Positions 11,078 to 24,000 of a DNA stretch of 64,000 nucleotides are shown piece after piece. Below the pieces are notes generated by a model. That model had not been told where the DNA came from. It worked only from the letters and a program-made list of their open reading frames with translations, and made no database searches. The position numbers and the translations under genes are program-made. This stretch comes from Ascidiella aspersa (Eukaryota), in NCBI GenBank assembly GCA_963924565.1, contig OZ004609.1:26102001-26166000 (forward strand). The letters run 5' to 3'. Every line of letters starts with the position of its first letter. Position 1 is the stretch's first letter.

Positions 11078-11879
11078 AATAACTCGCTGTCGTCACGCCG
11101 ACGTCGACGGTGCCTTTAAATATAGTCGGTCAAGTTTTACCTCCAGGCTACGTTGCTTCATTATGTGCGTCCTTTTTTTATTTTTTGTACCCTTAATTGG
11201 TCATAAAAGCACAGGTTACTTGCCGCGTCACGGCGAATTGCAAGGAATAAGTGTGGCCACGTTTGCTATTTTTAGTAAAAGCCGAAAATACCGTAAATCA
11301 CTGCATTTACAGCTGTTATCTTCTTTAAGAAAGCGGCTTTTTTATATCGTTGTCGTGTCCGTTTATATTGGTACTAAAACTCCGCAGTGACGTGCAATCT
11401 TCCTGCGAATCACCTGTATTTCGATTTAACCCTTTACTTTTATGCACCGCCCGTGTTTTAGTCGCTTTTTTGTTTTCTTCATAGATTGCATTACGTTTAC
11501 CTGATTTGTGCAGCGCTCTATTTTCTAAGGTGTACTATACTCCCATAAGTATAACCCCCAACTACAATTTTATGTACACATAGCTGTCTTTGTAATTTCA
11601 CAGGGTTGGATTGCACGAATTTCGGTCAACGTCATATTGAACAATTTCGTTGCTCAACGAGGCGATTTTTTTAGGATTTTATTATTTTACTGTAAAGTGT
11701 CGTTTACGTTGACCTTGCCGTTTTACAGCTTTGCGTTCAAATATACGGAATAAAACGCCAATCCTTGGTAAGTAACTATAGTTGCGAGGCGACGAGTTGC
11801 TTTGGAATAGTGATCGGCACTATTTTGTTTCGAGGAAAAATAAATATGAAGGGATCGCATAAGCAGGCTAGAAGGACTC

Positions 11880-12320
11880 CTGCAATAAGACCGAAATAGA
11901 ACAATATGAAGGTCGGAATAAAACACAGTTCGGAATAAGACCAAAATAGGAATAAAACCTTACAGTCGTAGTACCGTCTAAATCGGAATAAGTCCTAAAC
12001 CCGTCGGAATAAGATCTAAATGGTCGCAATCAGGCCTGAACAAAACTTTAGCAAACCCCACCCCTAACTACATCACTAACTCCCCTAATAATTTCAACCC
12101 CAACCCCTAACAGAGAAAAAAATCCGATGTCAAACAGCGGCGCCTTAACGGCACCGGCAAACGTCGACACCAAAACGCCCGATGCCAGACTGCTGGTCGT
12201 CCCGATCGTCCGATACCCTCTATATACAGTTTCAGGCGTTCATTTAGACGTTAATCCAAAGAATTTAGGGCGTACTCCGGCAGAATTAGGTCTTATTCAG
12301 ACGACTTCGATCTTATTCTG
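11880..12320. repeat. Foldback-like repeat with GGAATAAGACC sub-repeats and internal CCCTAAC tracts
   Basis: About 6 direct (g)gaataagacc-like units at 11883-12020, inverted ggtcttattc/gatcttattc at 12289-12319, and aaccccacccctaac/aaccccaacccctaac in the middle. Confidence 0.6.
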
Positions 12321-15010
12321 TATTGGATGTTACTGTGTTTTTGCGTTTAATATTTCGTTTGTCTTAAAACCAAGGTTTTATAGATTTTTCTGCTTTAGGT
12401 ATTGTTGCGTTTTAGTTCTTATTGTGTGTTCCCGGGTAAAAGTTTAGTTTCTTGTTTGCAAATACAAAAACTTGTTAAGCCATTAAAATCTTGTTATTCT
12501 ATTTGCTCTAAGACTTTCCCTTGTGAAATCTTTCCTTTTGTTTATTAGTCATTTATGTTTTAAATATCGAAAAATAAAACGTGGGACACTCCTTAAATAT
12601 GATTTCCGCCTGGTTGCGCTCGCGATCAATTTGCCTCTCTTGGAGCGATCACTGAACAAGTCTAAAAATTTTGAATCACCAAAAGCCTTGAACGCTTTAA
12701 GTCTCGTGTTGTCAACCTTTGTTGCCTTTCCAACGGTTTTCTAACTTCAGAACAATTTAAGCAACCTTTACAACTGCGTAAGTAAAGTGCATTTTACAAG
12801 GAAGCGCTACGGCACTCCGTAAAAAAAGCAGTTCAATATGATGTTTAATTGTTTATATTGACAAAGTACTATTCCTGTCAAGATTATCCTTGGTTTGTCA
12901 TTCGATGTTTCCCTTTATCACAAGACGGTGCTTCGTTAGCCTGTTGTATAGGAACCGTCGACAGCCACTCTAGACCTTAACGGCACAGCGTTACTCACTT
13001 TTTGGCCCAATCGGTTTCTTCTTAAGATTTGTAAGCGTTGGGCTCTTCCAGCAATCACGTTGCAGAAATACCAAGTAATACATGAGCAATAACTTTTACA
13101 CTGGGTTGCGGCAACACAGTCTGCAGCTTTGTTTTGGGTCGTTTAAAAAGATAATATGTCATTGTTTTGTTGTAAACACTGACGTAGACTGATAACGAAG
13201 TTTTATCTGAATATCTTTTTTCCTTTGATTGACGTTATCTAACACCTTACAAAATTGCTTTTAAATGACGCTGATTATAAAATGCCCCAATGCATCATTC
13301 TGCTAATATTATAGCGCAATGGTCAGAAACCACCGGTGAGGAGTTGGTTAATGGTCCGTAGAAGGTATAGGTAGGTAGTGCTAAAAAATCCGGCACGCCG
13401 GGCCAATTCAAGCATTTATTTTTTTGTCTTTTGAAATATTGCATCATAAAAAATTATTTCTACATACGCAGTTTGGCCAATATCAACGTCTCTTCCTTCC
13501 ATAAATGACGTGAGTTTAAAAGTCATGTTTGGTTGATTAAGGAAATATGTTGAAGCTGAATGATTCACTAACCTATAGGTCAGTGGACAGGGGCGTATCC
13601 AGTGAGTGGACACCAGGACATGGCCCCCAAACTATATTTTTTACAGCTTTCACCTGACTAAATTCTCTAAAAATTCTAAACATTTCATATAAGTTGATTG
13701 TGTGTAGGGTCGCAAGATGTTTACAAAACCCAAATTTTAGTCGTACTCCTAAAAGTTTAACCGCCGCTTTCTTACTTGTCGGCCTGTCCTTCGTTCTTCA
13801 TCATATTGCTACTAGTTTAGGTTTTTCTATGACGTAACTATGTGTTGCCTTTTTACGTACCTTCAGAACTTGTTGCACAAAACAAGCTCAAGTACTAGAA
13901 ACACTTTATTTTTTTCGAAGGCCAGTCCGCGATAATATTTCAGTTTTAAACCGGTCCACGTGGAAAAAAGGTTGCCCACCCTTCCGTAGCGTATATCTAC
14001 ATTGCCCTATTTGTATTGAAATGTAAAACGCCGATTTAAATATGTTGTTTACTTCTCTAAATACAGATTTTTCACAGATAACAAACATATGCATTTGTCT
14101 ACTATTTTAGAAGATTTACCTAATTTTTGCCATTTTTTACAGTTTACACTTTACTTCCTGTTTATTCAACGCACTGAAGTGCGTTAAATGCCAAACCACT
14201 CTTGTAACTCTTGATCGATTAAATCGTTTATTTCAACTCGCAGCACGCGACATAAATGCGTCGACCACATGGACGGCGACAAGCGACACGAAAAAGAGCC
14301 TCGGAAATAAACTTAGCAATAAAATAATTTGCTTAATTGAAACTTTCAATAGGGATTGATAAAAGAAAAACGGTTCTGTTGTTTCATAAAGACAACATCG
14401 ATTCCACGGCGAACAATTAAGGTCGTCATACAATCGCGCTGCGTCAAGCGGACGTATATTTTATTTCTTAGGGTATTAGAGCCCCAGAAATGCTGTGTGT
14501 GTATGAACAGTTACATGTAGCACAACACATGTTTGTGCAATACCAGTTGTACGCTTGCCCGCGTTTCAAACAAAACAATAAATAACTGGTGTGTTTTTCG
14601 GACGAACGCGCTGTGACAGCTTAAAATCCAAAGTTCAAATTCGATGGCGCGCACGTAGTATGCTACGTAGGCTTTGCAGGCACAGTGTTGTCGGTTTTTC
14701 TCAGGCGGCTTTGGTGCGTGTGTGGGTGGATAGTACGGAAAACAATCTCGGCTGCGTTAAAAAACAAGAACGCCGCGGCAATTACGCCGCGAGAACAGGC
14801 CATTGCAGCGTTTACAGCTGCGAGATTTCACGTGCACGGTAGTAATGGTCATATAGTATAGTACGAAAAGAAGAAAAGTGAACGTTAGGAAAGAGTACGT
14901 TGTTCGGGGATAAGTACATGTCGCACGCTCCTTGCTCTTCGACTTTAGCTCTTCTTCTCCCAGTTCGACCTCCAATCGTCAGCCAAGGTCGCTCGATTTC
15001 CAAGCGAGAT

Positions 15011-15059
15011 TCATCTCGAGCCGTGATTGGCTAAGGTTTCTTGGACGTCGCGTTGGGCG
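15011..15059 (-). CDS. Irx: Irx terminal coding exon
   Basis: ttcgttttgcag|C GCC CAA...AGA TGA; accepts phase 2; AATAAA on the minus strand at 14465-14460 and 14166-14161. Confidence 0.6.
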
Positions 15060-18000
15060 CTGCAAAACGAAATGCAGAAGTTAAACACTGCAACATTACA
15101 TAGTGCGCAAAGACTATTGGATAACAACGCGCATGCGCTGCACTCCATTGACAAGCTATACAAAAAAACGACGGAGTAAATGTGTGTTAGAACTATAGGT
15201 GTAATCAGAGTTAAAGTCCTCAATTATTCCTATAGTTGGATTGCTCTTGCGGACTTGATTCTGAACAAAAAAGTATTTTTAAACCAAATCATGGCAATTA
15301 ACCATGTACTTAAATTGTGTTTTTTTGTGAATCTATACGAGCAGTAACTTGCCCATGAAAAAATAAAATAAAATATCCCATCCCACGCATTATCTGACTG
15401 TTTTTCTCGTATCGAAACTGCGATTACATTTTGCGCAATAATCAAACTCTCGCCTTAGTTGCATATTCTAGCTCGAAGAAAACACGCGCTCATAATTATG
15501 TGCTAGCTTGCCGTGGACTTAACCCCACCTGACCATTCAATCAAATCACATTTATCGCATGTGTAGAGAATCTGCTAAAGGCTTTGTTTCTCAGCCAAAA
15601 AATTGCGACCGTAGGGTTAAAAATGCGTGCATACCGCACATTTTGAGCCATGCGGTGCCCTGCGCGATCGGGTCCTCACAAAACGACGAACAGGTGTCTC
15701 CAGTTACCTAAGCGCGCCGCAAATAATAAGGCTTCTCGCGCACCTTCCAGGCAGTAAACAGAGCTGCTGTTGCGCGCTTCGAGTCGGGCCACCGTGTGCG
15801 CGCGAACGTGCAGCGCGCTACAAACGGTGCTCGGCCTCGCACCGCGAAAATATTAATAAACCGTAAAGTTTGCGCCGTGTCTATTATTAGAACAAAGCTA
15901 TTGCTGGAGGGGCGAATGGAGAAACACGCCTTGCGGGATAAGGACGACATGGTTCATAAATCGCCGAAAGGTTGCGATGATTTAACAAATAAGAGAACCT
16001 TGATTTGCCGAGGCTGGTTTTGATTGCATTTTTGATATTTCGAGCAGCAAATGAAGGTTCACAAGGTATTTTTACCTGTCCCAATATTTTTCTCCTACCT
16101 ACTACGCTTGTGTTTATGTAAACAACTGTTAGCCTTTCATTTCACTGCGAAATAAATTCCGACGAGGTTCCCGCATTTTTAGGCGATTGCCGGCTGTGGC
16201 GAAAAAAACACTAACTGAGAGTCGTCGAGGCGCTGAACCTGATGCGACCGCGATGCGATCGGCTAAATCTCCGCGAGGGAATTCTGGAGCGTATACCGCG
16301 CGAGAATCACCCTAAATATTGACACGCGCACGCGCGCCCTGCCAAGAGGGCATCGCCAAATTGTAGCCGTTTCGATCAAGATAGCCGCCGCTCCGTTTGC
16401 GTTTCATAAAAGGCGCGCGCCTCTAATACGCTCGGCGAGGGATAAATTGGGCAGGCCGAAATCTTTTAAGGAGACGACAAATCGGTCAATGATCGGCGGG
16501 CGCTCGCTGATAAGGTCGCTAAAACATCAGCATTTGCTGTCCGCTAATGACGGCCGACGCCTGCGCCGTGTTATTGCAAGGCGGTTTTGATCCGACGAGG
16601 ACGAGCGGTGGTCCTGAGCCTCAACAGCGCATAAGCTGAGCAGGCAAAAAGGACCGGTTTGTGCCGATGCATTGCAGGAGAGTTTTGACTGACAACAGAG
16701 CTATGGCGTGGGCTTTCATTCCTATGCTAATTGCTGGCACTCCCGCGCGTGTATTTTTAAAAGGCAGCGGCGCCTGGTCGGCCCCAGAATGCCGACCACC
16801 GATCCCCATCGCGGCGACAGCTTCAGACCACTGACCCGCGCTCAACGTCCGTTTTGTTTTCTCTGTTTTGTTAAATTGGATCACTTGCCCACGGTCGTTG
16901 TTGGATTTGAATCGCTTTAATTTTTCACGCTTTGATTGGATGTATTTATCAAGCCAGACCGCCATGTTAAGCGCTAAATCTTGTTTTTCAATGTAGTCTA
17001 TATTACGTCACTTGAACGTGCCGTTATATATTGAGATTCAACTGTTTGAATCGATGTCATTTCTTTTGCACTTCGGATCGTATTATTTTTTTAACATTTA
17101 AATTGTTTCATTTTTAACACTTTAAACCGTTGTCATTAGTTATGCTTTTAATCTTTGTCACTTTTTACGCTCTGAGTCGTTGTCGTTTTTATGCGACTTT
17201 GAAAATTAGGTTTTGATCGCAACTGATGCTCGGAGCTTATTTTAAGTCGTTTCGTGCCATCGACCTCCCTTCAGATTTAACTGCTTTGTAACTGTCCGAT
17301 CGCGCGCTTAATCAATGCAAAAATCCTAAATTGTTTTAGACAGGAGGCTGGCAGTCGGTCGTCGCGTATAATTGCAAGCAATTCGTGCCAATCTAACCAG
17401 CTGCAAGGATCAAGTATGACAATTAAGTATGAATTTCTATTGGTTGAGCCATCTTCTGTTGGTCATCAGACAGCAGGTAATTTGTTACTGGAATTTAAGA
17501 ACCGCACTGAGTGCATTCGGGTTGCTTTCGAAAACGCGAAAAACGCCCTATACCGCGCTTGAGCATTTTTTTAGGTTGGGTTGATCCCAATCTGTTTTCA
17601 GTAAACTAACTGTTAAGATTATGTTGTCTTGTCTGTCAAGTTTGCTGCTATATGCCCTTTTGCGAGAGTTTCGCCTTCGGTTGCAACTTTAAAATTGCTT
17701 TTTAATCGAAAGCAAAGTCGGATTTTAGAGTATAGCGTTGACTTTTGGACCACCAGGTACACACACGCGAAATTTAATTAACGTAATGCCTCCCTCCCAT
17801 ACAACTGCTTAGACGATTTATACCACTTTGCAATATTATGCGTTTATACTTTAAATATTGAACTTTCGCCGGTGATATCCGGATGCGATTTCGCGCAAAA
17901 CAAAATAAACATTCGGCGACTGTGCGCCGACAGGAAGACAGTATAGTCAAACGAAAGCGATCGCCTTTAGTAGATACAAAAACCATTGACGTTATTAGAC

Positions 18001-21000
18001 CAAACAAGAACCTATATTCAATAAGGGAGTTTTTTTATTGTAATATGGAAAACTATAAATGAATGCTTGTGCGCTCGAACTGATTTAGTTACAACGTTAC
18101 TCGTCCAACTTATTTCCGATGGATTTGACGAGAAAAATGTGACAAAGAACATTACACGCCATTTCGATAACAGTGCTGCACAGCTTATCGCAGTCATCGC
18201 GCCAGAGTTAAAACCCTCCTGAAGTGTGGACCCGTTTGACAGATCGCCCGCCATATACAGAACTATATACAGAAGCCGCTACGTTTAAGGATGCAGTCTG
18301 ACGACATTGCACGTCTTTGGCATGCACTCAGTTCCCCTATCCGACGCCACAACCTCCCACTAAATTCGCCGTGTGGTGTAAACGTACAATAGATCTATTC
18401 CAATCACATCCCAAACCCCACTTGCGCATATAAACGCATTAGGTATAAAAATAGCGTATTATGTGAGCCGCAAACATTTTTGGGTGGACAGGTCTTAAAC
18501 AGGTCCCCCCTCTGCTTATAAACGCATTTGGTATATAACAGTATTAGCTGTAAACAAGGGTCTGAAAAAAATGTAAGTGCCCGTTCCTCGGTAAATTCCA
18601 TACGTTGGCGCAACCCCGAGCCATCGCAAGCTTGGCGTGTAAAGAGCGGCGCGGGGCTGCCTTTGGTCAGCTCTATACGCTTAGCTGTTTACTGCACGAG
18701 TGTTTTGGAAACAGGCGTCGGGGCCGCGACGGCCGGTGAAAGTCGGCGGTTTCAACCGCCGTATACTGCCCGCCGCCTAATCTGGCAAGCGGATCTGCTC
18801 AGAGTATTGAGGCAAATGCCGATCCACTGGCTGGGCCATGCGCGATCCAGGACGACGCTTTGGTTTGAGATTCGCGCGAGGTTTTAGCGATTTGGCTCGG
18901 TCTGGCCGCCGTTTGGGCTGCGCGATTGATACGATCTACGGTTGCAAACTTTTGTAAACACGCCATAGCCGCGCGCGCGCCGGGGAGAAAGGCACGCGGC
19001 GCCCCGCAAAGACTAACGATTCCTTTGCAATTTAAATTCTTGGCCTTATCGTGGGGGAGGAAGGCTTTGGCGCAACCGGTGCGCCAACCCAAAGTCAAAG
19101 CGGCTCTCTCGACAAGGCACCGGCATTCGGACCGCTTAAAGGCAACAAAAAATCGACTAGAGACACCCGGGCGCGGTGACCTCTCGACCCCTGTCGGATT
19201 GCTTGGTTTGTTAACGCCTGTATTGTGCAGACTTGGCCGCCCGGCGCAACCATCAGGCCGTATCTGGCGTGTCGTCGGCTTCCTATTAGCGATGCGCGAG
19301 CGCTGGATTGCGTGTAAGCGCCGGCAGTTCACATCGAGTACTTACTTGGGCGATGCCCGGTGCTCCACCACGCTGGGACTCGTCGACGCCGGCGACCCTG
19401 CGCGAGTAAACAAAACTCGTTGTAATTATTGGCACGCAATTTCTTTCTGATGCTGCTGGCCAAAATTAAGGATCCGCACATAATTACTTTTGTTAAAAAC
19501 GCAAAGCCGGTTGCGAGAACAAAATTAGCTGGGTTTTGTCAGTGGTTTCTTTATGTAAGTTTCAACAGCGCTTTCATTTTAACGTAATGTTTTTTGTTAA
19601 CGTTTCGCTGAATATTGCCTTGATGTTTTTATTTTGAGGAAAGCTTGAATGGGTGACCAAATGGTCTTTTCACTGTCCCTATGTTCAACTACTTTTTAAT
19701 TTGTCTTTTGTACCTAACGCATTAAGTAACAATAATTTAAATGTGTACAGACGAGTGTACACATAAACAAAATTAGTTTTGCAGCCCTTTAAGTTGTACA
19801 GCCATTCATCGGATAAGTTCGAGTACCACCAAGTTTTTTTAAACCCATAGGTAAAGTTAACTTTTAAATACTTTGAGTAGACAAGACTGTCACCGTGTTT
19901 TTTCCAAAAGAAAAACTTTCGGTCTGGCATCACCACATCAACATACACTTTGATTTTTATCGCGTTTTTAAGGCTTTTCGTGTAACTGTTGACCGTCTTC
20001 TTAGGCTAAAACATTGTCGATTTAACGCATCAGTTTTGTGTTGAGCCGGCTTATAATTGCGTCCTCCGCCTTTCGAAGTAAAAATAAATAGAAAGGTGGA
20101 AGCGAATTTTTGAATATAAGCGTTTGTGGCGTCGCGCGGTTTCGCGTTTCTGTGAAAAGCGGCGGGAATAATGGGCGTAAATAGCGTCGTAATCTTATGT
20201 ACACGGCCGTCAACACGTTGCAAGATCGCCGGAACGCGTGGCCGTGACCCAGTTTTTCGGGAAAACGTGTTGTTGTTTGCATCAGGGCTCTTCTCCACAA
20301 GGACACCCGAAAGGCGGATGAGCGCAGCGCTGTCGTATCCGCTGTCTCCTCCCGAAAGAAACAGTTTTTTTAAGCCGGGGATCGACATTTCAGTCGGCGC
20401 TCGCGGACGAGGCCGATCTGGTGGGAAACTGGCCGCTGTCGGAGATAGGCGTTCGAGATTAGAATGCAGCGGGACGCTCGCAATCGGCCCTCTCTCTCTT
20501 GCCTAAACGAAGCTATTACGGGAGATGCTGGTCCTCGATAGGACGCGCGTTGGCCCGACGCGGCTGGCGCACTGCGGTCGCGGCCGCATACACAAAATAA
20601 ACCAACTCGGTCCTGGTGCCCTTTACCGGCGCCGTATCTGTATAACTTTGCCGGCGCTGAAAACCTGAAATTTCGCAATGCTTTATTTGTGCCCTCTCTT
20701 GGCTATATATGCGCTTCACCTTTTCCCTCGTTATTAAAGCGAACTGGAATGGCACCAGTAAATTCACGCCTCGTGTATAGAATTTGATTGACTGAGCCCT
20801 TGGGAAAATTTTTATAAACCTTTTGTGTAAAAATATGGATTATTTTCACTGTTTATAGTGATTGTGAAAATCGAATAATATGAAAGCGGTAATATTGACA
20901 CTCTTATCCCGTTCTAAACTAGTGCACACTCGTTAGTTCATATTTACCAAGTATTCTTAAAATGGAAAACAATACTCTTTAAAATCTTGATGAACCCTTT

Positions 21001-24000
21001 AACAATTTGATGCAATACATCGAAAATGGCACGACAACACTATGATCCCCATGTATTTATATTTAATGTACTTACTTGAAAACGTGCTTTGATTGACAGG
21101 TGGCGACAGTGACGACATGGCCGGCTGTTGCTTGCCCGTGACGTCAACGATAGGCGAGGGGTGCACCTGGGGGCGCATGTCGGACCCTGCCCCGTCGGCG
21201 GGGTAATAGGGGGCGCCGAACATGGAGGTACTCGTGCAGCTGCTAGGCGCTTGGCCGTAATACGGACCTCCCACGCCTATTTGTCCGTAGCGGTGGGGTA
21301 GAAAGACTGGCCTCGAGTTTGGAGGGCTGATGACGGCGGGGGAAGGCGAGGCCTCTGTGTCCAGGGCCGCCCCGGGCTGCTCGCCCTGTGTGTAGAGGTT
21401 AGTGGACGTCTGCATCCTGTCCCCTTGCCTGGGAAAGAAGGGGCCCGTTGCGCCAACAGCGGGTGGCGGGGGCAACCGGTCGACTGTGTAGTAGTCCACA
21501 ACGTGGCCGTATTCGGCCGATGCATAGGGCGAAACCGGGTCCACCGACCGGCCCAGATTGGAAGGGTTTGGGCTGGTTCCGGGTATCTCCCGGCCGCGAG
21601 CTTGCGTGTACATGCCCGGGTGGCCCAGGTAGAGTTCCTTGGCCTGTGAGCCGCCACCGCCGACGCGCTGGTAAGGGTCGATGCACGCGTACTGCCGCTG
21701 GTAGTCGCCAGGCGATCCGACATCGGTCCGTCCATCGGTCGACTCCGAGCCGCCGCCTCCTCCAATGCTACAGGACTCTGGCGCGGCGCGAAGAGTGTTG
21801 CTGTTGCTGCTTGGGTAGCCATGCTCGCTCCAAGACTGCGCCGGAGGATAATGGAAGTCGGCGCGCGGCTGTCCGTCGCCGGGCTCCGTGAGGTCGGGTG
21901 GACTTACAATTCCGTGCTGGTGCCGCGGTACGATGGCGCCCGGGCCGCCAAAGGCGCTGGCTGAATACTGCGACGCGTAGCCCGGGTTGTGCTCCATGTC
22001 GTGTCTCTCAGGGGCTCCGATTACCGGAAATGGGCGCTGGTGGTCGTTGACCGGCGACCAGATGCCGCGATTTGGGCCTTCGGGAGGAATAAAGCGATCG
22101 TGGCCGGGATCGCAGGTTAGATTTCCCGCCGTCGCGAAATCGCCGTCGCGTTGCGTCGGGTAGCTGACGCTGCTCGTCTTGTCGTTGCTGCTGTGCGCCG
22201 ACGCCGGACCCGAGTTGTACGAGTCGACTCGCTCGTCGTCAAACACGGCCGGATCCTGCTGGTGCGGGAAACTCGAGTTCAGCGAGTCGTTGTTGTTGGT
22301 GCTGGTCACCTCCCGTTCCGCCGAGTCGTCTGAGTCGCCGCCGTGACCGTTCTCCGATTTGTCTGTTTGAAACGAGTTCGAATTAAAACGCTGCCGAGTG
22401 GATGAATTCCAATGGTTGGAGCTCGGAATATTGCGAGGCTTGTTTCAAGTCAAACGCCTGCTTTATATTTGGTTTGAAAAATTGTTTTATAGAATATGTA
22501 TAGCGAAAGGATATATGTATAGCGATAGACATTAAAGTCAACAATATAAGTAATCATAGCATCACCAGGTTTGGTTTAACTGAAGTATACTGGTTGCATC
22601 TGTTTTGACTGCTGTACATAAAATTTCCGCAGCAATACGAGGGGTTTAAGGGGAACTCCCTTGGCCGTCGGTCGGTTTGTTTTGGTTCGATCCTGGGAAA
22701 CGCGAGGTCTGTTATTGGGCGCAACGGGGCGCCACGGGCGTCCGAGCGGTTCCACGACGCCGGCAGCGCCCGGCTTGTAATCGAGTTGTAATCGCGGCGG
22801 ATTACAAGGCGCCCGGCGAAAATTCGCGCCCAGACAAAATAACCTGGCGGCAGCGACGGCGCCATTTCTTGATCGCCGCTTCGAAGCTATTGTTCTTGTC
22901 GCGACCCGACGGCAGCATGCATGGCGCGCGCGCGTATTGCCATGCACATTGTTTGTAAACAATCGCCGCTGTCCCGCGTCACCCGGTTAAGGGCCATTGG
23001 CGACCCTTGTCTGTCCATCAAGCACCTCGGATCGGCTCATGGCGCGGATTACGGCTTGCTTCGCCGGTTGCACGTCGACGCCCCACGCAAAGCGACTTAC
23101 TCGTTGAGTATTTTTCTTTATGGCGCCAGGGGTTTTTTGGCCCGCCGCTTGTATGCCACCACTTTTTACCTAAAATACGGACTTTCCGCCGAAAAATGCA
23201 AGGAGGTCTGTTTTTGGCCCATTCCTGTGATTATCTTAAAAAAAATCGGCTTTCTCTGTAATTATCTTCTTTAAAGGTTTCATTTAGATCTCAAAACATT
23301 TCACACAGTTCAGTGGATAATTAAGCTATAGGAGAAATCTACCGTTTTGAACAGCTTGCCTTTATATAGCGCCTCAGATGTTTCGAAATGACCATATGAC
23401 CAATCCCTATCGAGCTTTAACGGAGGCCCACGTTATGTGTGTCGTCATTCCCGAAATAGCACTCGCATTTTCAAATAATTTGATGAATGCCGAGAATCTA
23501 ACAACCAGGCCTAAAACAAACTTGGTGCGGAAGTGAATAGAACGTGATATTTAGTGGAACTGAATATCAGGGTTATAAAACTGTCTTCGTTAATTAACAT
23601 TTGAGAACCATTTAAAACAGCTATTGGCCCAGTACTCAACTGGCAACATAAAGACCCGGCGTCCAATTAAATCTAGACAACGAACACGTAGTAGTTTTAC
23701 CAAATCTACGTGAACATTGACCCCTCGGAGCGTACAATTGAGTGTAGACGTGCACACCTGACGCACCTAGACATTCGTAATCGCAACGGATGACGTAACA
23801 CGCGGTTCGCGGCGGTGTTGTCAATCGGTATCATGAAAGTCGTTTCCAGATTTACTTTGTTGAACATTGCGTCAGACATATTTGTGTGATGGATTAGAAA
23901 ATTTCGAACCCCACAGCCGACCATCCCTGAATACGACAACGCAGCCTATACTGTGGGCCGCATCATACCATTTTGCCATAAAATATTCTTAGTTTAACGC

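Noticed and set aside
18528-19450. Overlapping 119-177 aa ORFs on both strands
   Set aside because: Arg/Ala-rich with no domain, as expected in GC-rich intronic DNA; only the 52-nt exon 19397-19346 has proper splice signals.
21090-21099. Perfect PBX-MEIS/PREP decamer TGATTGACAG
   Set aside because: Single hit inside coding sequence (PVNQ); compatible with chance.
21277-21891. Alternative-frame and antisense ORFs over Irx exon 5
   Set aside because: Shadows of a GC-rich coding exon.
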